In this document: positions 9,072 through 19,553 of the stretch, piece by piece
How positions within the stretch are numbered: position 1 is the stretch's first letter
Layout of the letters: each line of letters begins with the position of its first letter
Sequence record: SRR31156797_3965
DNA: 42,739 nucleotides
Reading direction: 5' to 3' (one strand)
Notes under the pieces: model-generated
Told to the model about the DNA's origin: nothing
The model's database searches: none
What the model saw: only the letters and a program-made list of their open reading frames with translations
Program-made: the position numbers and the translations under genes

Positions 9072-11459
9072 TTATTCTACTATAATTTGCTTCACTCCAA
9101 TTTGTGAATCATTAGAGATTTTTACAAAATACATTCCTGAACTTAGGTTATTCAATGAAACATAACCATTTCCATCAATAACTTTGGATAAAATAACCTG
9201 ACCTACAGCATTCATTATCTTAACTTCAAATTCTCCAGGTAATTCTATGTTTAGAATATCTTTAACCGGATTAGGATAAATATTAAAATCAATCATTTGT
9301 GCGGCATTGATTCCAACATAATCCAATACAATATTTTCAGTTACATCTTGGTCAACGATTGTAGCAGTACCCGAAACTGTAGTATAATCAGTTGCAGAAA
9401 CCGTATAATCATAATCATCTGCAAGTAATTCAGTTAAAATAACCTGACCATTTGCATCAGTCGTATTATTTCCTATTCCAAAAATGAATACAATCGCACC
9501 TTCTATTGGATCTGTTCCATCAGTTACATTAATTGTAAGCGTGTAAGTTAGAATTTCAACAAGGGTAATATCAACAGTTTGAACATCACCATCAACAGTG
9601 AAGGTTCCATTTGCTGATTCATATCCTTCCATCATTGCATCATAGGTATAATCGTCATCTATAAACTCAACTTCAACAACACCAGACGCATCAGTCATAT
9701 AATCTATGCCGTTTATTGTTACAGTAGCATTTTCCAATGGATTACTGCTATCATCAACAACATTAAAGGTAACCATATGACCGGGAATTTCAACATCATT
9801 AGCATTTAAAACTTTTCCTGAAGCTTGATCGATTAGTAAACCAATAAAATCCATTTGGTTTGGATTATATCCAGCAGGTACTGTATATTCATAAGAGTAA
9901 GAATGAGTTTCACCAGCCGAAACTGATGCAGGAATACTACTTGCAGTACCATCCCAACCACCAAGAATTTCACGTGCAACATGCATATATACCATTTGAG
10001 AGGCAGGTACAGGATTTGGTAAACTTTCATATCCTCCCATTGGACCATAAGTACCCCCGGCATAATTATTTGCCTGAGCATACCCACTTGTAGTGCCAGT
10101 CACATAATTTTCTGAAACAACTGCATTGAATCTTAGGTTTTCTTGATCGATAACAAATTCTGAACTAATATCAAAAGTTACAACTCTGGTATCAGAATCC
10201 CATCCTGTAATTTCAACATCAATAGTTGCGGGTGGGACAACATTAATTTGCTGTAAATATGCAGACTCAAATGCTGATGGATCAAAATTACCAGGAATAC
10301 GATCAACCAAACCACTAGGATAACCGCCAATCATATTTCCAAGTCCACTATCATAAACGGTATTTACCATTGGATCACCATTATGAACAGCCACACCAAT
10401 CCAAGTATCTGGATATTTGTAAGCCATTGAGTCCATATATACATGACCTCTTACACACCAAGGACACCATGTTCCTGTTCCCTCTTCACCGAAAACTTTC
10501 TTTTCAGGAATGAATGAAACCACATGAACTGTTCTTTCGATTGTATCATTGATATTGAACTCATCTCCTCCTGTTCCGTTCATATTTGACACCCATACTT
10601 TAAGCTCATAATCACCCAACGTAGCAGCCCAAACATCACTATGCGAGAACGAATACGTATCATTAAGCTCCAATGTTAAATCGCTAATGGTTTCTGTATA
10701 AACTGTACCATCATCAATTTGCCAATTAATATCAATTGAAGTTACATTTGTTGATCCATAGTTTGCAATAGTTCCATCAATTGTAACATCTCCTTCAACT
10801 TGAAAGTTTGTTACATCTAATTCTGCTAATGCAGCATCATTCGCTAAGATTTCACCTACTAATGCACGAATGTTCCAGTTATATGTCAAAGCGGCATTTA
10901 AGTCTGGCAAATGACTCCATGCGCCACTTAACACAATCCAGTCACCATTTCCATTTGCAGCTGTAGGACCAGCATCACACCCGGCCGGATAACCTCCTGA
11001 CACATTCATGAAATAACCTAAGTATAAATCTTGCGAGGCATTTAACTCATAAGGTGTTGTAAGAATTACAGTATTCCAACCATCAACCGGTGTAAAAGAC
11101 TGTGTATAAACAGCGCCTGCAGTTTGATCATGATGAATCTCAATTTCAGCAGTTGAAACATCTGAAACACCGTTAATATAAAGCATCACTTGTTTAATGT
11201 ACTTTCCAACATAATTTGACGTTGTATCAGTTGGCATATACATATAAACACCAAAAGAATTAGCACTTCCAGTACCTATACCATTGTCATTAATTCCATC
11301 ATAATGAATAGTATCTGATATTGACTTTGCTCCTTTAATATCAGTTTGATCCATTTGGAACCCTTGTGTTTTTTGTGCTTCAAATTTTTGAGCAACAGAT
11401 TGATCTACAAATAAGCCAAGTACGGCTAAAAAAGTTAAATAGCTAAATAGCTTTCTCAT
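9072..11459 (-). CDS. Omp28-related CxxC protein with Ig-like domains and a T9SS type A C-terminal sorting domain
   Basis: Signal peptide; EEGTGTWCPWCVRG, GVAVHNGDPM, GYPS and HVAR Omp28-like motifs; two carboxypeptidase-regulatory-like repeats; CTD IYPNPVKD...GMYFVKI...KQIIVE. Confidence 0.88.
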   Translation of the reverse strand: MRKLFSYLTFLAVLGLFVDQSVAQKFEAQKTQGFQMDQTDIKGAKSISDTIHYDGINDNGIGTGSANSFGVYMYMPTDTTSNYVGKYIKQVMLYINGVSDVSTAEIEIHHDQTAGAVYTQSFTPVDGWNTVILTTPYELNASQDLYLGYFMNVSGGYPAGCDAGPTAANGNGDWIVLSGAWSHLPDLNAALTYNWNIRALVGEILANDAALAELDVTNFQVEGDVTIDGTIANYGSTNVTSIDINWQIDDGTVYTETISDLTLELNDTYSFSHSDVWAATLGDYELKVWVSNMNGTGGDEFNINDTIERTVHVVSFIPEKKVFGEEGTGTWCPWCVRGHVYMDSMAYKYPDTWIGVAVHNGDPMVNTVYDSGLGNMIGGYPSGLVDRIPGNFDPSAFESAYLQQINVVPPATIDVEITGWDSDTRVVTFDISSEFVIDQENLRFNAVVSENYVTGTTSGYAQANNYAGGTYGPMGGYESLPNPVPASQMVYMHVAREILGGWDGTASSIPASVSAGETHSYSYEYTVPAGYNPNQMDFIGLLIDQASGKVLNANDVEIPGHMVTFNVVDDSSNPLENATVTINGIDYMTDASGVVEVEFIDDDYTYDAMMEGYESANGTFTVDGDVQTVDITLVEILTYTLTINVTDGTDPIEGAIVFIFGIGNNTTDANGQVILTELLADDYDYTVSATDYTTVSGTATIVDQDVTENIVLDYVGINAAQMIDFNIYPNPVKDILNIELPGEFEVKIMNAVGQVILSKVIDGNGYVSLNNLSSGMYFVKISNDSQIGVKQIIVE

Positions 11460-11643
11460 AATAAATTTGTTTAGGTTAGTAAATAGTTCATAGCAAATAA
11501 AAAATTCCTTTTTACACTACTATAACCCAAAAGTAAAAATACACACCAACGAAATCATGATCCTTCGTATACCAATATAGGCCTATGATATGAATAGATT
11601 GTAGTAAGTAACATTTCACTAACGGGTTAAAGTATAGCGACGT

Positions 11644-11674
11644 CAAATATATAGGAGGATTTTTCAAAAACAAA
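11644..11674 (-). promoter_or_regulatory. Bacteroidota primary-sigma promoter for the Omp28/T9SS gene
   Basis: On the minus strand: TTTG (11674-11671), N19, TATATTTG (11651-11644), matching the TTTG-N19-21-TAnnTTTG consensus. Confidence 0.65.
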
Positions 11675-11699
11675 AAAAAGCGATATGTATATCGCTTTT
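11672..11699 (-). terminator. Rho-independent terminator after 11723-12727
   Basis: AAAAGCGATAT-gt-ATATCGCTTTT with flanking A8 tract. Confidence 0.75.
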
Positions 11700-11722
11700 A
11701 ACATATGTGGATGGGTTCCATA

Positions 11723-12727
11723 CTATCCCTTTTTATAATACTTTTGAAGACTTTTTTGAAATACTTCTTTATTTACTTCATTGATCTCATTTATTAAGGC
11801 ATTAATTGTCTTCTTCCTTTCTTCCAGCTCCTGAGATGAAATATTATTCTGGTCACGGAAAACAATTTTTTTAATAGTGTAACCTCCTTCATCAAGCGTC
11901 ATTGCCACGGCTGCATTAAAATTATCTAAAATTATAACTGATGGTAATTGATTTACAGAATAGCGACTCATAGCTTTCAATACACTGTTCTTAATATATT
12001 TAATTTGTGTTTCGCTTAAATAATTAGTAGCAAGCAAAATTTTAATCAAATCTATTTTAGCCAATTTATCAATATCTTTATTTACTTTCAATTCATGATA
12101 TTCTTTATCGTTAGTCTCCAAAAATAAATCGATGAAATCTCCCGGAACAGTTTGTAAATCTTTAAGCTCATTATTTTTAGATTTTTTCTTATATTCCTTA
12201 ATTGCATTCTTCTGACTTACTGGCACATAATACTCCCATTTCTTGGTTCTCTTGTAAGACTCAGTCATTGGGTTAGGCTTCCAATTACTCTCTGGTCTTT
12301 TCATCAAGGGAGCATCAACTTTTAGCTCACCAGTTTCAAGTGCATATAGCAGAGAATTAATAAAGTGCACGTACTCACCTCCTATTGAGAAATGAATAGC
12401 AGACCATAAAGTTTTATTGCTGGATTTATAATCAGTAGAGGTAGTATCTGAATTAGAAATTTTTCTCTCCTTTAGTTGTTCAATAAAGCTTTTTCCCAAA
12501 CCCACAGGATAATAAACTAACTCATTTCTGTTATTTTTGGTAAAACTAGCCGAATGAAATAACTCTTCAACATTATATACATGGCTGGAATCATTTGTCA
12601 GTTTCATTTCTACTGTAAATTCATTTCCCCAGGTCATTTCCTGAATTTCAGGAAACGGCTTTTCGGTTTGCCCAAAAACAAATACTGACAAACATATAAA
12701 CACACAAACTACTGATAATCTGAACAT
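11723..12727 (-). CDS. Hypothetical exported protein
   Basis: 334-aa ORF with a Sec-type signal peptide (..VFG-Q); no family recognised. Confidence 0.7.
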   Translation of the reverse strand: MFRLSVVCVFICLSVFVFGQTEKPFPEIQEMTWGNEFTVEMKLTNDSSHVYNVEELFHSASFTKNNRNELVYYPVGLGKSFIEQLKERKISNSDTTSTDYKSSNKTLWSAIHFSIGGEYVHFINSLLYALETGELKVDAPLMKRPESNWKPNPMTESYKRTKKWEYYVPVSQKNAIKEYKKKSKNNELKDLQTVPGDFIDLFLETNDKEYHELKVNKDIDKLAKIDLIKILLATNYLSETQIKYIKNSVLKAMSRYSVNQLPSVIILDNFNAAVAMTLDEGGYTIKKIVFRDQNNISSQELEERKKTINALINEINEVNKEVFQKSLQKYYKKG

Positions 12728-12968
12728 AAAAATATTTTTTTTTGTGATATTTTCGAAACTTTAAGATAGCAACTAAATTTCAATAAGTTTGTCCAATCAT
12801 TGTATTTTTTATCTTTAATTATTAACAATATCAATATAAAAAAAGAGAAATTAATCAAAACTATAGCTACTCAATGTGATTGTTTTTTGTTAATAAAATT
12901 TTAACATAAAATTTCTTTACAAAAAATAAAAATACTACTTTGCATTTTATTATTTTTTATTTCCGCTT

Positions 12969-15320
12969 ATGAAATCAATCCAACCTGAAGCACAACAGCA
13001 TAAAATTTTTAAGAGAATCGTAAGAAGTATTGGTTCTCCTGCGCTTATTATAAACCATGAACTTGTAATAATTGAATTCAATGATATTTTTTGCGACTAT
13101 TTTAAAACTCCCGCTAATACCCTTAAAAACATTAACATTAAGAACCTCCCCCATGAAAATCAAATTATACAAGAACTAAAAATATTTGTTCAAAGTGCAG
13201 ACAATAAAAGCTTAAAAATAGACACACTTCAATTGAATAGAAAAAGTGGTCATTCAATTTTTATTGATTGCCAGATGCTATTCGATAATGATAATAACCA
13301 TATCGGTTTTTTAGTAGTAATTAATGAGGAATTAATTGATAGTAGTGAGACACACAAAAAAGAATCATCAATAAAAGATGATAAAACAGATTCAAGTATA
13401 TTCGGAATAGGTGAAATGACAAAGGAGGGAGTTTTCGTTTCAGCCAACCAACAACTAGCATTAAGTTTTGAAAAAACCAAGGATAATTTCATCAATACCA
13501 ATCTTAAAAACTACGTTGATATTGATGACTACAAAAATCAACTAGAAACTATTCAAAGGGCACTGGAATTAAATGAACCACTTGAAGCAATAGGGAAAAG
13601 AGAAGGAAGAGAATTTCAAATACTCTATATACCTTTCAAAGGTTCAGATATTGTTAAAGTAGTAACTCGTGAGTATACTGAGGAGCTCAAAGCAAAACAG
13701 AAATTAGTGTTAAGTGAATCGAGATACAAAGCTTTATTTGAATGGGCTGCTGATGGAATTTTAATAGGAAACCCAGAAGGTACTGTGATAAACTGCAATA
13801 ACAGTATCACTCAAATTTCAGGATATGAAAAAGATGAAATTATTGGTTATAAAATCAATAAGCTTTTTGCGGAAGACGAATTAAGTAAAAAACCCTTTAA
13901 TTACAAAGCTATTCTTGAGGGTAAAACTATACTTACGCAAAGAGTTCTAAAGCGTAAAGATGGTAAGCATATCACCATTGAAATGAATACCAGAAAAGTT
14001 GCCGATGGAAGACTGCAAACCTATTTAAGAGATATTTCTGAGCGAATTGCTGCACAAGAACGCATCAAAGAGCAGAACGAAGAATTATTACAAGCAGAAG
14101 AAGAACTTAAATCTACAAACAACGAACTTATTGCTTTAACAGAAAAGCTAATCAATCAAAGAGAAGAACTTAAGATTGCTAAAGAAAAAGCTGAAGAGAG
14201 CGATCGATTAAAGTCTGCATTTCTGGCAAATATGAGTCACGAGATTCGTACTCCAATGAATGGCATAATCGGTTTTGCTCAAATGTTGAGAAGAGGAAAT
14301 TATCCGGCCGAAAAGCAAAAACGTTTTCTTGGAGTCATCCACTCTCTAACCAATCATTTATTACAAATTATTAATGATATTGTCGATATATCAAAAATAG
14401 AGGCAGATCAACTTTCAATTTATAAAGAGACCTTTTTTGTAAACGACTTATTGCATGAGCTATACAATACATTTACGGAAGAAATACAAAATCAGAATAA
14501 AACTGAACTACAACTAAGACTAGTAAGTAGCTTAAAAAGAGATGAATCTCATATTCACACAGACAATATTCGTTTAAGACAAATCTTAACAAACCTCTTA
14601 AGTAATGCCGTAAAATTTACTGAACAAGGACATATTGAAGTTGGATATAAACTTGAAAATGACAGTTTCATTTTTTATGTAAATGATACAGGTATTGGGA
14701 TATCCAAATCTAAACAAGAAGAAATATTTAATCGATTCCAACAGGCAAATGAACCTATGACCAGAAAATTTGAAGGAACCGGTCTAGGGTTATCCATATG
14801 TAAAAGTCTAGCAGAAAAATTAAATGGTTCAGTTTGGGTAGAGTCTAAAGAAGCAACAGGTTCTACATTTTATGTACGAATTCCCAGGGGAAACATTACA
14901 GATATTAGAATTGACAACAAAGCTGATCAAAAAATTCAATATAATTGGGTCAACTATTCAGTACTAATTGTTGAAGATGAAGAAGCCAATCAAATATTCA
15001 TAAAAGAATTACTCGAACCAACTGGTATAAAAATTACTTTAGCTGAGAACGGAAAAAAAGCACTGGAACAATATAATTCAAACACAAATTTTGATATCAT
15101 TTTATTAGATATTAGACTGCCAGATATATTAGGTCTTGAAGTAGTTAAAGAAATAAGAAAAGTCAACAAATCTATTCCAATAATTGCACAAACAGCCTAT
15201 GCTATGGGCGATGACAGAGAATCATCACTTCAAGCAGGATGCAATAATTATATCTCAAAACCTATCGACATTAGTTTGCTATTATCGATGATTGATGATT
15301 ATTTAACACAAAAATCGTAA
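12969..15320 (+). CDS. Cytoplasmic PAS-domain hybrid histidine kinase/response regulator
   Basis: Several PAS-like regions; H-box [16 protein letters not shown]-box [25 protein letters not shown]-terminal receiver (IVEDE, LLDIRLP, AQTA, SKP). Confidence 0.93.
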   Translation: MKSIQPEAQQHKIFKRIVRSIGSPALIINHELVIIEFNDIFCDYFKTPANTLKNINIKNLPHENQIIQELKIFVQSADNKSLKIDTLQLNRKSGHSIFIDCQMLFDNDNNHIGFLVVINEELIDSSETHKKESSIKDDKTDSSIFGIGEMTKEGVFVSANQQLALSFEKTKDNFINTNLKNYVDIDDYKNQLETIQRALELNEPLEAIGKREGREFQILYIPFKGSDIVKVVTREYTEELKAKQKLVLSESRYKALFEWAADGILIGNPEGTVINCNNSITQISGYEKDEIIGYKINKLFAEDELSKKPFNYKAILEGKTILTQRVLKRKDGKHITIEMNTRKVADGRLQTYLRDISERIAAQERIKEQNEELLQAEEELKSTNNELIALTEKLINQREELKIAKEKAEESDRLKSAFLANMSHEIRTPMNGIIGFAQMLRRGNYPAEKQKRFLGVIHSLTNHLLQIINDIVDISKIEADQLSIYKETFFVNDLLHELYNTFTEEIQNQNKTELQLRLVSSLKRDESHIHTDNIRLRQILTNLLSNAVKFTEQGHIEVGYKLENDSFIFYVNDTGIGISKSKQEEIFNRFQQANEPMTRKFEGTGLGLSICKSLAEKLNGSVWVESKEATGSTFYVRIPRGNITDIRIDNKADQKIQYNWVNYSVLIVEDEEANQIFIKELLEPTGIKITLAENGKKALEQYNSNTNFDIILLDIRLPDILGLEVVKEIRKVNKSIPIIAQTAYAMGDDRESSLQAGCNNYISKPIDISLLLSMIDDYLTQKS

Positions 15321-15377
15321 AAGCGAAAACAATTCGCCTTAAAAATGGTAAGGTCTGTAGTAACAAATATTTTAACT

Positions 15378-15785
15378 ATGGAGCCTACTATTCAAACAAT
15401 CTATCTTGGTCAACTAAGAACTGAAGCAGAACATGTTCGTTCTGGAAATAAGATTATTACTGATGCCCCTATTGACAACAAAGGCAAAGGGGAATTCTTT
15501 TCGCCCACAGACATGCTTGCCACTTCTTTAGCCAGCTGTATTTTCACAATAATGGGAATTAGAGCAGAAGAGGGAGGCTTCAGTATTGACGGAGCCACAG
15601 CAAAATCATGGAAAATAATGGCTAATGATCCACGTCGAGTTGCAGAAGTGAAAGTTGAATTTGATTTTTCAAAATGCGAACTTGAACCAAAACACAAAGA
15701 AATTCTAAAAGGTTTGGTAAAAGTAAGTCCTGTGCCTCTAAGCGTGCATCCAGACCTTAAACAAAACGTAACCCTAAAGTTTTAG
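15378..15785 (+). CDS. OsmC/Ohr-like family protein
   Basis: TDAPIDNKGKGEFFSPTDMLATSLASC signature; ATG at 15378 preferred over 15345. Confidence 0.85.
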   Translation: MEPTIQTIYLGQLRTEAEHVRSGNKIITDAPIDNKGKGEFFSPTDMLATSLASCIFTIMGIRAEEGGFSIDGATAKSWKIMANDPRRVAEVKVEFDFSKCELEPKHKEILKGLVKVSPVPLSVHPDLKQNVTLKF

Positions 15786-15794
15786 CAATCACAT

Positions 15795-16568
15795 ATGAAT
15801 CTGAACATAAACAATCAATCCTTTATAGTTTGCGGCGCAACCAGCGGTTTTGGCAAAGGTACCGCAAGAGCACTTATTGAAGATGGTGCAAAAGTAATTG
15901 GAATTGCCCGCAATCAAGAAAAGCTAGATCAAACACAAAAAGAATTTGGTAAAAAATTCACTCCTGCTCAAGGTGATATAACTAATTCCGAAACTATAAA
16001 AAAAGTAAGTTTACTTGCCTCAGAGCATCAAATCTCAGGCATTCTTATTAATGCAGGAGGCCCTCCAGCATTAAGTTTTATTGAAACAACTTTATCTGAT
16101 TGGGATAATGCATACCAGAACCTCCTGAGATGGAAAGTTGAATTGGTTAAAGTTCTTCTTCCCTATTTTCAAAAAAAACAATACGGACGATTCGTATTTA
16201 TTGAAAGTTCTTCGGTAAAACAACCAATTGAAAATCTAATTTTAAGCACGTCATTAAGGCTAGCAGTAACCGGAATGATGAAAACCATCTCACAAGAAAT
16301 TAAAGGCGAAAATGTCAACTTTAATATGATTGCTCCAGGTTCACATGCCACACCTGCCATTGAAAGATTGATTAAAAAGAAAAGTGAGGTTGATAATATA
16401 CCTTATGAAGAAGCATTAGAAAAATGGGAAGCAAATATTCCGGTTGGGAAAATGGGTAGTGCTAATGATTTAGGACAGTTGGCAGCCTGGTTGCTCTCAC
16501 CTGGATCAAGGTTTGTAAACGGACAAGTTTACGCTGTGGATGGTGGCACAATAAAATCTACGTTGTAA
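15795..16568 (+). CDS. SDR family oxidoreductase (FabG-like)
   Basis: GATSGFG Rossmann motif, NAGGPP, S..LR catalytic-region variant, GQVYAVDGG. Confidence 0.88.
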   Translation: MNLNINNQSFIVCGATSGFGKGTARALIEDGAKVIGIARNQEKLDQTQKEFGKKFTPAQGDITNSETIKKVSLLASEHQISGILINAGGPPALSFIETTLSDWDNAYQNLLRWKVELVKVLLPYFQKKQYGRFVFIESSSVKQPIENLILSTSLRLAVTGMMKTISQEIKGENVNFNMIAPGSHATPAIERLIKKKSEVDNIPYEEALEKWEANIPVGKMGSANDLGQLAAWLLSPGSRFVNGQVYAVDGGTIKSTL

Positions 16569-16569
16569 T

Positions 16570-16595
16570 AAAAAAGCCCTGCAATGGCAGGGCTT
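16570..16595 (-). terminator. Terminator between the convergent SDR and fabD genes
   Basis: AAGCCCTGC-aatg-GCAGGGCTT preceded by an A-tract (U-tract for fabD). Confidence 0.8.
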
Positions 16596-16603
16596 GCGAT
16601 ATC

Positions 16604-17485
16604 TTATAAACTTGCGCTTTCACAAGGCATTTGCCGATCTACCTTTTTGATCATTCCTTGTAAAGCTTTACCTGGTCCAACTTCTGTAAATGAAGAAGCA
16701 CCGTCTGCAATCATATTTTGAACAGTTTGCGTCCATTTTACCGGAGCAGTCAGCTGCTTTTTAAGGTTTTCTTTAATTACAGCAGGATCTTTTTCTGCTT
16801 TTGCACTTACATTTTGATAAATGGCACAAACAGGTTCGCTCACTTCAGTTTCATTTATAGCAGCCTCCAACTCAACTCTTGCAGGCTCCATCAAAGGTGA
16901 ATGAAATGCTCCACCTACAGGCAACTTAAGCGCTCTTTTAGCACCTGCCTCAGTAAGTTTTTCTATAGCTTTATCAATTCCTGCAACTGAACCGGAAATA
17001 ACTAATTGACCAACAGTATTATAATTTGCAGGAACAACTACATCTTCAATATCTGCACAAACTTTCTCAACTACCTCATCTTCAAGGCCAATAATTGCAG
17101 CCATAGTTGAAGGTTCAAGCTCACAAGCTTTTTGCATAGCCATGGCACGTTTTGAAACTAGCTTTAAACCATCTTCAAATGACAATGCTCCTGCTGCAAC
17201 TAATGCTGAAAACTCTCCCAAAGAGTGACCGGCAACCATTTCAGGTTTAAAAGCCTCTCCCATCATTTTAGCTAAAATAGTTGAATGAAGAAAAATAGCA
17301 GGCTGCGTTACTTTTGTTTGTTTTAAATCTTCATCGGTGCCTTCGAACATTAAATCTGTAATTCGAAAACCTAGTATCTCATTAGCTTTTTCAAACAAGT
17401 CTTTTGCCTCAGCACTGGTATCGTACATATCTTTACCCATCCCAACATACTGGGCTCCCTGTCCGGGAAAAACGAATGCTTTCAT
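16604..17485 (-). CDS. fabD: Malonyl-CoA:ACP transacylase
   Basis: FPGQGAQ, TQPAI, GHSLGE catalytic Ser, GGAFHSPLM, EVGPG. Confidence 0.97.
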   Translation of the reverse strand: MKAFVFPGQGAQYVGMGKDMYDTSAEAKDLFEKANEILGFRITDLMFEGTDEDLKQTKVTQPAIFLHSTILAKMMGEAFKPEMVAGHSLGEFSALVAAGALSFEDGLKLVSKRAMAMQKACELEPSTMAAIIGLEDEVVEKVCADIEDVVVPANYNTVGQLVISGSVAGIDKAIEKLTEAGAKRALKLPVGGAFHSPLMEPARVELEAAINETEVSEPVCAIYQNVSAKAEKDPAVIKENLKKQLTAPVKWTQTVQNMIADGASSFTEVGPGKALQGMIKKVDRQMPCESASL

Positions 17486-17517
17486 AGTTATCTGTGTTTT
17501 TTAGTTTTAAACGGCTA

Positions 17518-17525
17518 CAAAGGTA
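17518..17525 (-). promoter_or_regulatory. -7 promoter element for fabD
   Basis: TACCTTTG on the minus strand, 32 nt upstream of the ATG. Confidence 0.6.
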
Positions 17526-17606
17526 TAATTTTTAACTCTTTGTCAGAATTTTTTTTCAGTGCCAGCAATTTTGAATATTTTTAAAGTCTAATAACTAACT
17601 AAACTA

Positions 17607-18308
17607 ATGCAAATGAAAAAATTACTTTTAATTATTGCTGTTCTATTAGCAGCAAATATGGCGCATACACAAGTCTTTACAATATTTGGAAAAGACATAG
17701 GCTATCTTTATGTAGGACCAAAATTCGGTATGGGAACATCTTTTATTTCAAATTACACTCCAGATGGAATGGATACAAAACTATTCTTATCAGCTTCTGG
17801 TGGAATTGTTGGTAAATTTGGGATAACAGATAAGCTTGCAATTCAACCTGAGATAATTTTCTCAAGGAAAGGTGGAAAATCGTTTGAAGATAATCAAGAC
17901 TTTAACTATGAAGGGACTTATAAAACAATTGCAAATTATATTGGTATTCCAATCCTTGCAAAATTCTCATTTTTAAAGATAAAAGACTTAAAGATACACG
18001 CTTCAGGTGGATTTTACACAAGTGTAACAACAAAGCAAGAAAATAAATCTGAAATCGTATATCCTGATCAAACTTTTGATGATGATCATGGTATTGAAAA
18101 AGAATTTTATAAAACAGTTGACTTCGGTTTAAGTGTTGGTGGAGGAGCAGAATATGATTTGGGTATTGGTTTACTTGTAGGAGAGTTATTAATAGACCAT
18201 GGATTTGTTGATAATTATGAAAACGATTTTAAAGAAAAAAGCAATAGGCACACATCTGTAACCGTTGCTTTTACTTTCTTATATGATTTGGCTGAATTAA
18301 TTAAATAA
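17607..18308 (+). CDS. Outer-membrane beta-barrel protein (PorT/OMP_b-brl_2-like porin family)
   Basis: Signal peptide; GPKFG, AIQPEIIFSRKG, YIGIPIL and DFGLSVGGGAEY beta-strand motifs. Confidence 0.8.
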   Translation: MQMKKLLLIIAVLLAANMAHTQVFTIFGKDIGYLYVGPKFGMGTSFISNYTPDGMDTKLFLSASGGIVGKFGITDKLAIQPEIIFSRKGGKSFEDNQDFNYEGTYKTIANYIGIPILAKFSFLKIKDLKIHASGGFYTSVTTKQENKSEIVYPDQTFDDDHGIEKEFYKTVDFGLSVGGGAEYDLGIGLLVGELLIDHGFVDNYENDFKEKSNRHTSVTVAFTFLYDLAELIK

Positions 18309-18319
18309 AAATATAAAAC

Positions 18320-18358
18320 CTAAAAAGCCCCGCATAATTTTTATGCGGGGCTTTTTAG
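18320..18358. terminator. Bidirectional rho-independent terminator
   Basis: CTAAAAAGCCCCGCATAA-ttt-TTATGCGGGGCTTTTTAG perfect 18-bp inverted repeat between convergent genes. Confidence 0.9.
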
Positions 18359-18366
18359 TATTTTAA

Positions 18367-18999
18367 TTAACTGAGTTTTGCTCCTATTAGATGAATAAAC
18401 TCTTCACGAGTACTCATTTTTTCCAAAAACGCTCCTGTAAAAGCTGAAGTTGTAGTAACAGAACTTTGCTTTTGAATTCCTCTCATTTGCATACACATAT
18501 GCTGTGCTTCTATTACAACAGCAACCCCCAATGGGTTTAGCGCATTTTGAATAGAATCTCTGATTTGATTTGTTAAGCGCTCCTGAACTTGTAATCTTCT
18601 TGAAAAAACCTCCACTACTCTGGCAATTTTACTCAAACCTGTAATATAACCATCTGGAATATATGCCACATGTGCTTTACCAAAAAATGGCAGCATGTGG
18701 TGCTCACACATTGAATACAATTCAATATTCTTAACCAATACCATGTGACGATAATCTTCTTTAAACTTGGCTGAGTTCAAAATATCTTCTGGTGATTGAT
18801 GATATCCTTGCGTTAAAAATTGCATGGCTTTGGCAACTCTTAAAGGAGTTTGTACCAATCCTTCTCTATCCGGATCTTCACCTATTGCACCAAGCACCCC
18901 GTAATAATGTTCGGAAAGTTTTTCAGTTGCTTCATCATTAAACTGATCTATTCTGGTATAGCCATCGTCGACTTTTGAACCATTTGCTTTTACTTTCAT
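18367..18999 (-). CDS. folE: GTP cyclohydrolase I
   Basis: [50 protein letters not shown]. Confidence 0.97.
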   Translation of the reverse strand: MKVKANGSKVDDGYTRIDQFNDEATEKLSEHYYGVLGAIGEDPDREGLVQTPLRVAKAMQFLTQGYHQSPEDILNSAKFKEDYRHMVLVKNIELYSMCEHHMLPFFGKAHVAYIPDGYITGLSKIARVVEVFSRRLQVQERLTNQIRDSIQNALNPLGVAVVIEAQHMCMQMRGIQKQSSVTTTSAFTGAFLEKMSTREEFIHLIGAKLS

Positions 19000-19013
19000 A
19001 AGTCAAAAATTAA

Positions 19014-19427
19014 TTAATCTCCATAATACTCCACATAATTATTCTCTGTTTCAATCAATTTCACACAATGCAATGAAGCTCCCAATAGCTTTATATCGTG
19101 CTCAATTTGCTGCCAGAAAGCTTTAGCTAAATTCTCAGAAGAAATAATTTGACCTTCTAAGAAATCTACTTCCAAATTTAGGTTTTTATGGTCGACCTTT
19201 TCTGTTATCCGTTTTTTGATAATCTTACTCAAATCTTTCAAATTAATTACAAAACCAGTTTCACCATTAACCTTTCCTTTCACGGTTACAAAAATTTCAT
19301 AATTGTGGCCATGCCAGTTCGGGTTGGAGCATTTTCCAAATACCTCCATATTTTTATCATCAGACCAATCCTTGCGGAAAAGCCTGTGAGCAGCATTAAA
19401 ACGTTCTCTTCGGGTTACATAAACCAT
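19014..19427 (-). CDS. 6-pyruvoyl-tetrahydropterin synthase family (COG0720), PTPS-II-type motif
   Basis: FNAAHRL, GKCSNPNWHGHNY (C-x5-HGH), DHKNLN, SSENLA, ETENN. Confidence 0.9.
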   Translation of the reverse strand: MVYVTRRERFNAAHRLFRKDWSDDKNMEVFGKCSNPNWHGHNYEIFVTVKGKVNGETGFVINLKDLSKIIKKRITEKVDHKNLNLEVDFLEGQIISSENLAKAFWQQIEHDIKLLGASLHCVKLIETENNYVEYYGD

Positions 19428-19449
19428 ATTATAAATAATTATGTGGTTT

Positions 19450-19457
19450 CAAAAGTA
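19450..19457 (-). promoter_or_regulatory. -7 promoter element for the PTPS-folE operon
   Basis: TACTTTTG on the minus strand, 22 nt upstream of the ATG. Confidence 0.55.
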
Positions 19458-19553
19458 ATGCTTTGATTTTAAAACATTAAATATTTACTTTAAAAGTTCA
19501 ACACTTCCTTATTGAAAATGTTGTAAAATGTTTTTACTAAAAAGTTAAACAAA

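Noticed and set aside
15795-16568. SDR as the sepiapterin reductase completing a BH4 pathway with folE/PTPS
   Set aside because: It is in a different operon and has the NAGGPP/S..LR subfamily pattern rather than a YxxxK sepiapterin-reductase site; there is no positive evidence
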